From positions 1-36,764 of the forward strand of contig CALRGN010000002.1 in the NCBI GenBank assembly GCA_943357745.1: DNA of 36,764 nt. The letters are read 5' to 3'. Position numbers and translations under genes: made by a program. This stretch comes from Candidatus Uhrbacteria bacterium (GTDB taxonomy: Bacteria; Patescibacteriota; Patescibacteriia; UBA9934). Position 1 is the first letter of the stretch. Every line of letters starts with the position of its first letter. The notes under the pieces were generated by a model. That model was not told the DNA's origin, searched no databases, and was given only the letters and a program-made list of their open reading frames with translations. Positions 7,368-16,895 of the stretch are shown here, in pieces.

Positions 7368-9290
7368 ATGAATTTTCCCAAACGCCAGCAGACTAGCGAT
7401 CCCTGGCGTTTTGTGTTAATTAAGATTTTTGGTTGGTCGGCCCTACTCATTGTCATATGCCGTCTAGGATTTTTAGCGATCTATCAGGGTGAATATTATC
7501 AAGCCATCGCCGCGAGTCAGCACGCCGTTTCAGAAGAGCTAGTGCCGGAACGCGGTTCAATCTACTCCCTTGATTACGGCGATGAAATTGAATACGCTCT
7601 GGCCACAGAAGCGCCCAGCGCCACTCTCTACGCCGTTCCTACGGAAATAAATGCCAGAGATCCTAAAAACGGTGAGGTGACGGCTTTATCACTGGCCACG
7701 GTTTTAAAATTGGGCGGTTATGAAGAATATTTATGGGCCAAAGAACTAGCCCTGCTTAGAGCCTTAGAAACCGAGCAGAATGCGAACACCTTAAATAACA
7801 TTGAACCTTCCAGAGCTAATGCTTTAGCCTCCCTTGGCGCGGTTGAGCACGGTTGGGAGGAGGGAGTCATCAAAAATCCAGCCACCACCGAGTTGGTGAA
7901 TAGACTTAAAAAAACATCTGATCCCTATGAACCGGTTGCTGACCAACTTTCATTGGTGGAGATTAAACAAATTGAAAGTTTAAATCTGGACGGGATTTAT
8001 CTTATTAAAACCAGAGAGAGAATTTATCCAGAAATCGGTTGGAGTGGTCAGGTGCTAGGCTTTGTTTCTAATCCGGATAAAATAAATACTTACGGGCAAT
8101 ATGGCTTGGAAGGTTATTTTGACCAATTTTTGCGTGGCGAAGGGGGATTACTAAGCGGGGATGCAGATAGAGAGGGTAGATTACTCGCTCTTGGCATTGC
8201 TGATTTTAAACCGGCAATTAACGGGGGAGATCTGGTAGTTACAATTGATCGTCGCTTACAGCTTAAGGTTTGTGAAATTGTCTCCGCCGCTAAAATTAGA
8301 TATGAGGCCAAAGCCGTAAGCGTTATCATTCTCAACCCATTCAACGGCGAGATCCTATCACTATGCTCTGTTCCAAATTTTGATTCGGAAAATTACGGCG
8401 CGATTCAAGAGATAAATCACTATAATAATCCCGTAATTTTTGACTCCTATGAACCGGGATCGGTTATTAAGCCGCTAGTAATGGCCGGCGCGATTGACCT
8501 TGGGGTAATCACGCCAGAATCAACTTTTGTGGATCCGGGTGTTGTAACATTTGATGAGTTTACCATCACTAATGCCAATGATAAAGAGTTCGGTACAGTA
8601 AACATGACTCAGGTGTTGGAGGATTCTATTAATACCGGGATGATTTGGGTGATGAGACAAATGGGTCCGGAAAATCTTAAAAAATACCTCACAAATTTTG
8701 GCTTTGGTAGAAAATCCGGAATTGAACTTTCCACGGAGGTTGGCGGATCATTAGAACAGCTTGATAATCCGGCCGAGATTTATGCCGCCACTGCCGCTTT
8801 TGGTCAGGGGATCTCCACTACAATGTTGCAATTAGCACTTGGCTATGCCGCTTTAGCTAATGGCGGTGAACTGATTAAGCCCCAGATTATCAAAGAATAT
8901 CGGTATTCAGATGGCACCACGGAAACGTCAAAACGAACGGTGGTGAGGCGGGTGATCAACGAATCAACCGCTAAATTGGTGGGTGCCATGTTAGTTTCTG
9001 TTGTAGATAACGGTCACGGCAAAAGAGCTGGTGTACCCGGTTACTATATTGCTGGCAAAACCGGTACCGCTCAAATCGCTGAGCGGGGTGCTTATTCAGA
9101 AAGTAATTTTAACGGTACCTTTGCCGGTTACGGACCAATCACTAGTCCAAAATTTGTGATGGTGGTGCGAGTAGACAGTCCGGCTGTAGGCGCTCTCTAT
9201 GCCGAAGCCTCCGCCGCCCCAGTTTTTTCTGAAATCGCTCGCTTCCTTTTAAGCTATTACGGGATTGCACCGGATCGAGCGCAGGAGTAG
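7368..9290 (+). CDS. Class B penicillin-binding protein (FtsI/PBP2-type transpeptidase)
   Basis: N-terminal TM segment, then SVIKP (SxxK), SINT (SxN) and KTGTA (KTG) motifs. It lies directly upstream of murF, as in dcw clusters. ATG 7368 is preferred over TTG 7359. Confidence 0.85.
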   Translation: MNFPKRQQTSDPWRFVLIKIFGWSALLIVICRLGFLAIYQGEYYQAIAASQHAVSEELVPERGSIYSLDYGDEIEYALATEAPSATLYAVPTEINARDPKNGEVTALSLATVLKLGGYEEYLWAKELALLRALETEQNANTLNNIEPSRANALASLGAVEHGWEEGVIKNPATTELVNRLKKTSDPYEPVADQLSLVEIKQIESLNLDGIYLIKTRERIYPEIGWSGQVLGFVSNPDKINTYGQYGLEGYFDQFLRGEGGLLSGDADREGRLLALGIADFKPAINGGDLVVTIDRRLQLKVCEIVSAAKIRYEAKAVSVIILNPFNGEILSLCSVPNFDSENYGAIQEINHYNNPVIFDSYEPGSVIKPLVMAGAIDLGVITPESTFVDPGVVTFDEFTITNANDKEFGTVNMTQVLEDSINTGMIWVMRQMGPENLKKYLTNFGFGRKSGIELSTEVGGSLEQLDNPAEIYAATAAFGQGISTTMLQLALGYAALANGGELIKPQIIKEYRYSDGTTETSKRTVVRRVINESTAKLVGAMLVSVVDNGHGKRAGVPGYYIAGKTGTAQIAERGAYSESNFNGTFAGYGPITSPKFVMVVRVDSPAVGALYAEASAAPVFSEIARFLLSYYGIAPDRAQE

Positions 9291-9320
9291 AGTGGCGTCA
9301 GGTATAACCGCAAACATTTC

Positions 9321-10664
9321 ATGCAAAAAACCTTCATTCAATTGCTCTGGTTTGTAACTAGGCGCTACCTCACCCGCTTTAATCCGCGGATCATTGGCGT
9401 TACTGGCTCGGTTGGCAAGACCTCCGTTTGTGAAGCTATTAGTCTGGCCATCCAAACTAAATACACCGTCCGCCATCCCAAAAAAAACTACAATACCCCG
9501 ATCGGTCTCCCTTTGGCTGTTTTGGGGGAGAATTCTCCCGGTCGCTCGCCCATGGCTTGGGCCGGTCTTTTTTACCGTGCCTTCACTGCCCAGTCTGCTC
9601 CCCAATTTATCGTACTTGAATACGGTGCCGATGCTCCTGGTGACATCCTCGCCCTCACAAAATTGGTGACACCAGAGATCGCCGTCATCACCGCCATCTC
9701 TCCTGTCCATCTTGTGAACTATCCTTCCTTGAACGACCTAATTGAAGAAAAGGCCACCTTGGGCGATAAAGTTCCGGCCACCGGATTGGTGATTCTAAAC
9801 AATGATGATCGCTTTCTCGCCCTTATGAAAAATCGGTTTACGGCACCGATTTTAAGCTACGGTTTTAAATCAGCCGCCATTCAGGGAAAAGTACAAGAGT
9901 TGAAGGTTGACCAACCGCTCAGCCACCAACCCACCATCACTACAAATTTTGCAATCACAGTCAATCGGTCGGTCGATTCCACTCCGTCTGTTTCCATCTC
10001 ATCCGATTCGCCCCCTCCCCAGTCACCACTTTTTCTACCTCTCCAAATCCATCTAACAGACACCGTAAGTAACGCCTTGCCCAGCGCCGCTCTCGCCGCC
10101 GTAGCGGTGGCGGTTCATTTGAACTTGAATCTTCAAGCCGTTGCCACCGCTCTTGGGAATTTAAAACCCTTGCCTGGTAGGGGAAGAATTATTTCTGGGA
10201 TCAAGAACAGTTTAATTATTGATGACAGTTATAACGCCGCCCCCGCCTCGATGGCGGCTGGTTTAATCGGACTCGGAAAATTTAAAACACTATTACCGGA
10301 TCGCCGTCGCCTAGCGGTTATCGGGAAGATGGCGGAACTAGGTGATCGATCAGATGCGGAACACGCCGAGATCGGAAAACTTGCCTTTGAGGTGGCTGAT
10401 ATTTTAATTTTTGTGGGGGAGCTAACTCGTACAGCCATGCATGCCGCCTTGAGCGCCGGCGCCGATACCGCCACGGTGGAATGGTTTAGTAACCCCGTGG
10501 AGGCGGCGCGGTTTCTTGATCGTTATATAAAATTCGGGGACATAATTTATGTTAAGGGCTCGCAATCTGCTAGAATGGAAAAGGTAGTTTATCAAATTAT
10601 GGCTCAACCGCTTCAGGCCACAAAGTTGCTGGTTCGGCAGGAGGCAAAATGGTTGGCAGATTAG
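9321..10664 (+). CDS. murF: UDP-N-acetylmuramoyl-tripeptide--D-alanyl-D-alanine ligase
   Basis: Mur ligase P-loop GVTGSVGKTS and IIDDSYNAAPASM, which is typical of MurF. Length is 447 aa. Confidence 0.8.
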   Translation: MQKTFIQLLWFVTRRYLTRFNPRIIGVTGSVGKTSVCEAISLAIQTKYTVRHPKKNYNTPIGLPLAVLGENSPGRSPMAWAGLFYRAFTAQSAPQFIVLEYGADAPGDILALTKLVTPEIAVITAISPVHLVNYPSLNDLIEEKATLGDKVPATGLVILNNDDRFLALMKNRFTAPILSYGFKSAAIQGKVQELKVDQPLSHQPTITTNFAITVNRSVDSTPSVSISSDSPPPQSPLFLPLQIHLTDTVSNALPSAALAAVAVAVHLNLNLQAVATALGNLKPLPGRGRIISGIKNSLIIDDSYNAAPASMAAGLIGLGKFKTLLPDRRRLAVIGKMAELGDRSDAEHAEIGKLAFEVADILIFVGELTRTAMHAALSAGADTATVEWFSNPVEAARFLDRYIKFGDIIYVKGSQSARMEKVVYQIMAQPLQATKLLVRQEAKWLAD

Positions 10665-10720
10665 TCTGAAGCAAGCACTCAACTATCACCCCATCCCTAA
10701 CCAACAACTTCAACGCCATT

Positions 10721-12199
10721 ATGATTAGCCTCAATTTTCTAAACAGTTTTGGTCGTAAACTAGAACTATTCAATCCAATCAAAGCTGGTAAAGTGGGCAT
10801 CTATTCTTGTGGACCAACTGTTTACGGTCGGGCCCATATTGGGAATTTTAGAGCCTTCATCACGGCAGACCTGATTCGCCGATTATTAGAGGCGGTGGGT
10901 TATGAAGTTAACCAAGTGATGAATATTACCGATGTTGGCCATTTGGTTGGCGATGGTTCAGTGGGGGAGGATAAAGTTCTTCTCGCCGCCCAAGCGTCCG
11001 GAAAAACCGCTTTAGATATTACCGAGCACTTTACTAATATTTTCTTCGCCGATTCCATCGCTCTTAATATTCTCCCCGCTCATCACTATCCCAGAGCTAC
11101 CAATCATATCAAGGAACAAATAGAAATTATAATCGCCTTGGAAAAAAATAATTACACCTACAAAATTACCGATGGCATTTATTTTGACACCAGTAAATAT
11201 CCAGCCTATGGGGAACTCTCCGGTCAAGATCAATCAGAAAAATTGTCTGGCGCTAGAGTGGAAACCGGTGACAAAAAAAATCCGGCCGACTTTGCCTTGT
11301 GGAAATTCTCTCCGGTGAGTGATCAGGAGGCAACTCCCACGGGAACTCAAGCCATTGCTCTAAAGCGGGAGATGGAATGGGACTCTCCGTGGGGAATTGG
11401 TTTTCCTGGTTGGCATATAGAATGTTCGGCCATGAGCGCCAAATATTTGGGTGTGCCCTTTGATATTCATACCGGTGGGGCTGATCATGTGGCTGTGCAT
11501 CATGAAAATGAACTGGCTCAAACCGGCGCCGCCACTGGTCTCCGACTTGCCAATTTGTGGATTCACAATGAGTTCCTCTTGATTGATGGTGGCAAGATGA
11601 GCAAGTCTTTAAACAATACTTACACCTTGAGTGACCTTGCCCAACATAATATCAGCCCGCTCGCTTTCCGGTATCTTTTATTAAACGCTCACTATCGCTC
11701 CCAACTTAACTTCACCTTTGAATCCGCTCAAGCCTCTCAAACCACTCTCACCAAAATCCAAACTCAAGTTACCACTTGGAAAAATGAGGTCGGCGGGCCG
11801 GTAAATTATCAAACTCACCCACTCTGGCTGAAGTTTATGTCAGAGCTTGCAAACGACCTTAACACCGCCGCCGCCTTAGCGGTTTTTCATCAGGTGCCTA
11901 AGTCAGATCTAACCACCAGCGCCAAGCTGGAATTGTGGCTGGCGATGGATTCCATCCTCGGTCTAAATTTAGCCGCCCTCACCTCAAATAACACCAATCT
12001 TGCCAATCAGGTCAATTCAGAATCAGGTCAAATCACTATCCCAGCTCAAATCACCGCGCTCGCCACTGCCCGCGCCAACGCTCGCGCCGCCGGCGACTAT
12101 GTCACTGCTGATCAGCACCGCGCTACCCTCACCCAAGCGGGCTACGAAGTGATTGATAATCCGGATGGAAGTTACGCGCTTAAATTGAACGCCATTTAA
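10721..12199 (+). CDS. cysS: Cysteinyl-tRNA synthetase
   Basis: Motifs CGPTVYGRAHIGN (HIGH), GWHIEC and KMSKS. Confidence 0.9.
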   Translation: MISLNFLNSFGRKLELFNPIKAGKVGIYSCGPTVYGRAHIGNFRAFITADLIRRLLEAVGYEVNQVMNITDVGHLVGDGSVGEDKVLLAAQASGKTALDITEHFTNIFFADSIALNILPAHHYPRATNHIKEQIEIIIALEKNNYTYKITDGIYFDTSKYPAYGELSGQDQSEKLSGARVETGDKKNPADFALWKFSPVSDQEATPTGTQAIALKREMEWDSPWGIGFPGWHIECSAMSAKYLGVPFDIHTGGADHVAVHHENELAQTGAATGLRLANLWIHNEFLLIDGGKMSKSLNNTYTLSDLAQHNISPLAFRYLLLNAHYRSQLNFTFESAQASQTTLTKIQTQVTTWKNEVGGPVNYQTHPLWLKFMSELANDLNTAAALAVFHQVPKSDLTTSAKLELWLAMDSILGLNLAALTSNNTNLANQVNSESGQITIPAQITALATARANARAAGDYVTADQHRATLTQAGYEVIDNPDGSYALKLNAI

Positions 12200-12227
12200 C
12201 CGCCGCTCGATTCAAATTTCCTCTACT

Positions 12228-13097
12228 ATGTCGCTAAAGCTAATCGATACTCACGCCCATGTTCAGTTTTCTGCTTTTGAATCTGATCAAGATCAGGTAG
12301 TTCAGCACGCCCTTGATCAAGGAATCGGGATGGTGGTGGTTGGCACTCAAACCGATACTAGCCTCGCCGCTGTTAAGCTGGCCGAGCGTTATGAGAATGT
12401 CTGGGCGGCAGTCGGTCTCCATCCTAGCCATCTTCACGCTCAACCGTTCCACGATGCCCAAGAATCAATTCATGTTAAAACTCGAGCCGAAATTTTTGAT
12501 CCGGAATTTTACGCCACTTTAGCTAAGAGTAAAAAAGTAGTAGCGATCGGCGAGTTTGGTCTGGACTATTATCGGTTGGAAGAATTTACTCAAACCCCGG
12601 ACGAGAAAATAGAGGTCACCACCAAAATCGAACAAATCAAAGCCGACCAACAATTAGTCGCCACTGCACATCTCCGCCTCGCCACCAGTCTAAACCTTCC
12701 GGTTGTAATCCACTGCCGTGATGCTCACGCCGACCTGATCGTTCTCATTAAACAGGAGCTCGCCACCGGCGGTTTAACTCGTCGCGGGATTCTCCACTGC
12801 TTCACCGGTACGCCAGCGGAAGCAAAGCAATACACCGACCTCGGTTTTTACATCTCTTTCAGTGGGATAGTTACTTTTGGGGCGAATGTCCAAGCCACCG
12901 CTCAGAGCGTCCCTCTGGATAAAATACTCGTAGAAACAGATTCCCCCTATCTCGCCCCCGTTCCCAATCGAGGCAAGAGGAATGAGCCGGCTAATGTCGC
13001 TCATATCGCTCAATTTCTAGCTACTCTATTGAACATCAAACAAGAGGTTTTTTACGCCCAACTTCTTACTAATACAAAATCGGTTTTTAAGATTTAG
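12228..13097 (+). CDS. TatD-family metal-dependent hydrolase/DNase
   Basis: N-terminal IDTHAHV, then GEFGLDY, VIHCRDA, and LVETDSPYL near the C-terminus. Confidence 0.8.
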   Translation: MSLKLIDTHAHVQFSAFESDQDQVVQHALDQGIGMVVVGTQTDTSLAAVKLAERYENVWAAVGLHPSHLHAQPFHDAQESIHVKTRAEIFDPEFYATLAKSKKVVAIGEFGLDYYRLEEFTQTPDEKIEVTTKIEQIKADQQLVATAHLRLATSLNLPVVIHCRDAHADLIVLIKQELATGGLTRRGILHCFTGTPAEAKQYTDLGFYISFSGIVTFGANVQATAQSVPLDKILVETDSPYLAPVPNRGKRNEPANVAHIAQFLATLLNIKQEVFYAQLLTNTKSVFKI

Positions 13098-13143
13098 TCT
13101 CGCTTCAGGCCTACAATACTTTGTTATACTGCTACTAGGAGGT

Positions 13144-14769
13144 ATGTTCAACGAATTATTTTTACAGCTCGCCATTATTTTGTTAGTTAGTTCAGCCTTG
13201 GCGCTGATCGCTAAGCAAGCTAAACAGCCGTTAATTTTAGCGTACCTGATTACCGGAGCGGTACTTGGTCCCAGTGTGGCGGCGTGGTCTTCAGACAGTA
13301 ATATATTCTCCACCTTGGCCGCTTTTGGCACCTCATTACTTCTTTTTATTGTTGGTCTAAATTTAAATTCCCGAGTCTTCAAAGAAATTGGGTTGGGAAC
13401 GATCCTTGTTGCCATCACTCAAGTACTAATGTTTCTGGGGTTTAGTCTTGGGTTCGCTTGGATTTTTGACTGGTCGTTAAGTACGGCGTTTTGGATTGGC
13501 TTAGCGCTCGCCCTATCTTCCACCATTGTTGGAGTAAAATATCTAGACGAGCAACAGGGTTTGGATCGGTTGCATGGCCGAATCACCATCGGGTTATTGA
13601 TCGCTCAAGATTTGATTGCCTTGATTGCCTTGATTGCGGTTACTTCCACGCAGTCGGCCGCAATCTCTGGCGATTGGAATTATTTATTGGGAGGACTACT
13701 CGCCCTCTCCGCCTTTCTTATTGCGCGCTTTATTTGGCCTCTGCTTTGGCGTGCCACCGCGAGCTCTGGCGAACTACAACTTTTACTTTGCCTCACTTGG
13801 TGCTTTGGTTTAGCGGCTGCTACTTCTTTGTTTGGGTTGGGATTGGAGATTGGAGCGTTGTTCGCTGGCGTATTGTTAGCTAGCCTTGGTTACCAAGGCG
13901 TGATTGAGCATAAGGTAAAAGTTTTAAGTACTTTTTTCTTGATTGTATTTTTTACACTCTTAGGATCTAAAGTTAATCCTAGTGCCGTTCTGGCCGCTTG
14001 GCCACTGGTGCTGGCATTACTAGGCGTTACCGTTATTTTAAAAACAGTGGTGATCTCAGTTTTATTGAATCTTGCCGGTCATCACCCTCGTTTGAACTGG
14101 CAGGTGGCCGCTAGCCTTTGTCATGTATCAGAATTTTCCTATATCTTGATTGGACTCGCCGCCGCCCGTGGTTGGGCTGACCCAGACACTGTTTCCCTGA
14201 TCGCCGCTGTTGGTCTTTTATCTTTAGCTATCTCTCATTATTGGATCAAGCTGGTGGCTTGGGGCTATAACAAGTTTCATTCCACCATCGGTTCCACTGA
14301 CCAAGGACTGAAGCAAAAAACCGGCTTAGAGGTGGTACTAATCGGTTTTGATAAGTTGGGAGAGATCCTGCTTAAAACCATTACTCATCAAGGGGTGGTA
14401 ACGGTGGTGGATTATAATCCGGAGGCAGTAGAAAAACTTGGTCGGTCCGGTCTGCCGGTAATTTACGGCGACATCAGTGAAGAGTCGTTTTTAAAGGCAA
14501 TCCAAATTGAGCGCGCTCAGCTGGTAATTTCCACTGTACCCGATATGGGGATAAACTCGGTCTTGGCAAATTACTTGGAAAGTAAGCGCTTTTCTGGGGA
14601 TCTTGTGCTAACCGCCCGCGTTTCGGCTGAGGCCGCCGCTGGCTATGCCCTGGGAGCGGATTTTGTGATAATACCCAGTATTTTGGGGGGTGAGGCGATC
14701 GGATTGCTCACCAAGGGTAAAGGTTTCTCTAAACTAAACCTAAAAAAACTGAGGAAGCAGTACGGCTAG
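13144..14769 (+). CDS. CPA2 (Kef-type) cation:proton antiporter with a C-terminal RCK/TrkA-N domain
   Basis: A polytopic membrane domain of roughly 12 TM segments is followed by a Rossmann-like VVLIGFDKLGE region. AGGAGG lies 4 nt upstream of the ATG. Confidence 0.75.
   Translation: MFNELFLQLAIILLVSSALALIAKQAKQPLILAYLITGAVLGPSVAAWSSDSNIFSTLAAFGTSLLLFIVGLNLNSRVFKEIGLGTILVAITQVLMFLGFSLGFAWIFDWSLSTAFWIGLALALSSTIVGVKYLDEQQGLDRLHGRITIGLLIAQDLIALIALIAVTSTQSAAISGDWNYLLGGLLALSAFLIARFIWPLLWRATASSGELQLLLCLTWCFGLAAATSLFGLGLEIGALFAGVLLASLGYQGVIEHKVKVLSTFFLIVFFTLLGSKVNPSAVLAAWPLVLALLGVTVILKTVVISVLLNLAGHHPRLNWQVAASLCHVSEFSYILIGLAAARGWADPDTVSLIAAVGLLSLAISHYWIKLVAWGYNKFHSTIGSTDQGLKQKTGLEVVLIGFDKLGEILLKTITHQGVVTVVDYNPEAVEKLGRSGLPVIYGDISEESFLKAIQIERAQLVISTVPDMGINSVLANYLESKRFSGDLVLTARVSAEAAAGYALGADFVIIPSILGGEAIGLLTKGKGFSKLNLKKLRKQYG
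13612..13638 (+). repeat. In-frame 9-bp tandem repeat x3 (TTGATTGCC/TTGATTGCC/TTGATTGCG) inside the antiporter gene
   Basis: Read directly from the sequence. It encodes (LIA)x3 within a TM segment. Confidence 0.9.
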
Positions 14770-14808
14770 AATTCAGCCGTTGTTTAGGTTGGATATTCAT
14801 TGTAAGCC

Positions 14809-14836
14809 TTGACATCAAATCAGGTCATGATATAAT
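14809..14836 (+). promoter_or_regulatory. Near-consensus sigma70 promoter (TTGACA-16-TATAAT) for the infA/alpha operon
   Basis: TTGACA at 14809-14814 and TATAAT at 14831-14836, about 72 nt upstream of infA. Confidence 0.65.
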
Positions 14837-14908
14837 CCTCCCGTTAATTCTTTAAGTTTCCCTCATGCGTTTTGAGCGATATCTAGGTCAAATACAGTTA
14901 GGCCAAAT

Positions 14909-15124
14909 ATGGTAGAGAAAGATTTTCTTGAAGTAAGAGGCACTGTGATTGAGACCCTACCGGGAGGTGATTTCAGAGTAAAGCTTGAAACCGAGCTTGA
15001 AGTGATCGCCTATCTCGCCGGACGGTTAAGAAAAAATCGCATCAGAATCATGCCGGGAGACGACGTCAAGTGTGAGATCAGTCCATATGATCTTACCAAG
15101 GCTAGAATCACATTCCGTTTCTAA
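14909..15124 (+). CDS. infA: Translation initiation factor IF-1
   Basis: 71-aa S1-like OB protein: VIETLPGGDFRVKLE...RIRIMPGDDVKCEISPYDLTKARITFR. Confidence 0.95.
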   Translation: MVEKDFLEVRGTVIETLPGGDFRVKLETELEVIAYLAGRLRKNRIRIMPGDDVKCEISPYDLTKARITFRF

Positions 15125-15202
15125 CGGGTGGCATCTCTAGTCTCAGCCAATCATCCAAGGGTATTAACTGGGTGATTTTGCGTATTAGAAGAGTCATTTC
15201 GG

Positions 15203-15218
15203 TCAATCAATCAATCAA
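15203..15218. repeat. (TCAA)x4 tetranucleotide microsatellite in the infA-rpmJ spacer
   Basis: Read directly: ggTCAATCAATCAATCAAtt. Confidence 0.9.
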
Positions 15219-15236
15219 TTAGTAACTACTGTCTTT

Positions 15237-15350
15237 ATGAAAGTTCGCGCCTCGGTTAAGAAAATCTGTGCCAAGTGTCAAGTTGTCCGCCGAGAAGGCC
15301 GGATCAGAGTGATTTGTATTGTGCCTAAGCACAAACAAAGACAGGGTTAA
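15237..15350 (+). CDS. rpmJ: 50S ribosomal protein L36 (zinc-ribbon form)
   Basis: Not in the ORF track because it is under 60 aa. Hand translation gives [37 protein letters not shown], with C-x2-C...C-x4-H. It occupies the canonical position between infA and rpsM. Confidence 0.9.
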   Translation: MKVRASVKKICAKCQVVRREGRIRVICIVPKHKQRQG

Positions 15351-15373
15351 TTTATATTTATATTATATAGCGT

Positions 15374-15760
15374 ATGGCTCGTATTGCTGGCGTCACTCTT
15401 CCTTCTAATAAAAGGCTGATCATTGCCTTAACTTATATCTTTGGCATTGGTGAAACCCGGGCCGCTAAAATCTTAGCCGCCACCAAAGTCTCTGGTGACA
15501 TCAGGGTAAAAGACCTCACCTTGGACCAAGAGAACTTGGTTAGAACGGCGGTAGAAAAAGAATATCGAGTGGAAGGGGAGTTGAGACGGGAAATCATGGG
15601 TAACATTAAACGGTTGAAAGATGTGGGCGCGTATCGGGGCACACGGCACATCAAAGGTTTGCCGGCCCGCGGACAACGCACCAAATCTAACTCCAGAACC
15701 GTCAGAGGCAATGTGAGAAAGACCGCCGGTAGTGGTCGTCGCATGTTAACTAAGACTTAA
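15374..15760 (+). CDS. rpsM: 30S ribosomal protein S13
   Basis: [10 protein letters not shown]...[15 protein letters not shown], in canonical operon position. Confidence 0.95.
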   Translation: MARIAGVTLPSNKRLIIALTYIFGIGETRAAKILAATKVSGDIRVKDLTLDQENLVRTAVEKEYRVEGELRREIMGNIKRLKDVGAYRGTRHIKGLPARGQRTKSNSRTVRGNVRKTAGSGRRMLTKT

Positions 15761-15764
15761 ACCT

Positions 15765-16244
15765 ATGTCTGAAGAAGAAAAAATTGAAACTCCGTCCGCA
15801 ACTACACCGGTCGCAAACGCCAAGGCCCCTGTCGCCGGCTCTAAAAACAAACCAGAGAAAGTTCTCACCGCCAAGGGCAAGAAACGGATTATCCGCCAAA
15901 TTCCTCAAGGCCGAGCCTACATTCATGCTAGTTACAACAATACTATTGTAACCATCACTGATCCTAACGGAAACACCGTTGGTTGGGCCTCGGCTGGCAA
16001 CTGCGGTTTTAAAGGCCCCAAAAAAGCCACTCCTTATGCCGCCAGTGTGGTGGTAAAAAAGGTGGCTGATCAAGCGGCCCTCATTGGTCTAAAAGATCTT
16101 CATGTTCATCTCTCTGGGATCGGAAATGGTAGAGATGGCGCGCTAAGAGCTCTTAATACCCACGGATTCAACGTCCTCTCCATCAAAGAAACCACCCCGG
16201 TTCCTCACAATGGTTGCCGTCCGCGCCGCGCTCGAAGAGTTTAA
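15765..16244 (+). CDS. rpsK: 30S ribosomal protein S11 with a ~30-aa Lys/Ala-rich N-terminal extension
   Basis: AYIHASYNNTIVTITDPNGN...GFKGPKKATPYAA...VPHNGCRPRRARRV. Length is 159 aa against a typical ~130 aa. Confidence 0.95.
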   Translation: MSEEEKIETPSATTPVANAKAPVAGSKNKPEKVLTAKGKKRIIRQIPQGRAYIHASYNNTIVTITDPNGNTVGWASAGNCGFKGPKKATPYAASVVVKKVADQAALIGLKDLHVHLSGIGNGRDGALRALNTHGFNVLSIKETTPVPHNGCRPRRARRV

Positions 16245-16257
16245 TTAAAATACTAAT

Positions 16258-16881
16258 ATGGGAAAAATTAGCACACCACTAGGAAAATTGAGTCGCCGAG
16301 AAGGCGTGGCGCTTTCAAATAGCACTAGCATTATTAAGGTAATGCAAAGACGCCCTTATGTTCCCGGAGTTCATGGTAAAGCGGGCGGATTTGCCCCCAA
16401 AATTTCCGTTTTCGGTCAACAGTTAAGAGAGAAGCAAAAAGCCAAGCGTCTATACGGTTTAATGGAGAAGCAATTTAGAAATTATTTCACCAAAGCCGCG
16501 GCAAAAGACGGTAACACTGGTGATAACCTAGCCCAATTTTTAGAGATGCGTTTGGATAACGTAGTCTTTAGAATGGGGTTTGCAAAAACCAGAGCCCAAG
16601 CCAGACAAATGGTGAGCCATGCTATGATGAGCATCAATGGAGCCACCAACAACATTCCCTCATACCAAGTAAAAGTTGGCGAGGTAATTGAGATTAGAGC
16701 CACCAAGGCCAAGAAAAAACTATTTTCAGATCTCTCCGAGCGTCTCAAAACTCATACCGCTCCCGGCTGGTTATTCAGAGAGAGTGATATCAGGGGGAAA
16801 ATTGTCAGTTTGCCTCAAGGGGATGAATTGGTTGAGGTCTACGACCCCAAACTGATTGTAGAATTTTATTCAATGCGATAA
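16258..16881 (+). CDS. rpsD: 30S ribosomal protein S4
   Basis: GQQLREKQKAKRLYG...LEMRLDNVVFRMGFA.TRAQARQMVSH, an S4 domain. Confidence 0.95.
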   Translation: MGKISTPLGKLSRREGVALSNSTSIIKVMQRRPYVPGVHGKAGGFAPKISVFGQQLREKQKAKRLYGLMEKQFRNYFTKAAAKDGNTGDNLAQFLEMRLDNVVFRMGFAKTRAQARQMVSHAMMSINGATNNIPSYQVKVGEVIEIRATKAKKKLFSDLSERLKTHTAPGWLFRESDIRGKIVSLPQGDELVEVYDPKLIVEFYSMR

Positions 16882-16895
16882 TTATTATTATTTTT

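Noticed and set aside
9249-9710. 153-aa minus-strand ORF spanning the PBP-murF junction, plus similar antisense ORFs (13026-13418, 15750-16073, 19994-20326, 24367-24717, 26381-26689)
   Set aside because: Each overlaps well-supported genes on the opposite strand and shows no recognisable motifs.
13612-13638. 9-bp x3 tandem repeat in the antiporter as a contingency locus
   Set aside because: The unit length is a multiple of three, so slippage only adds or removes LIA within a TM helix. It is most likely a coincidence of hydrophobic codon repetition.
15203-15218. (TCAA)4 as a phase-variation switch
   Set aside because: There are only four units, the repeat is intergenic, and it does not lie between recognisable -35 and -10 hexamers. 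It is too short for efficient slipped-strand switching.
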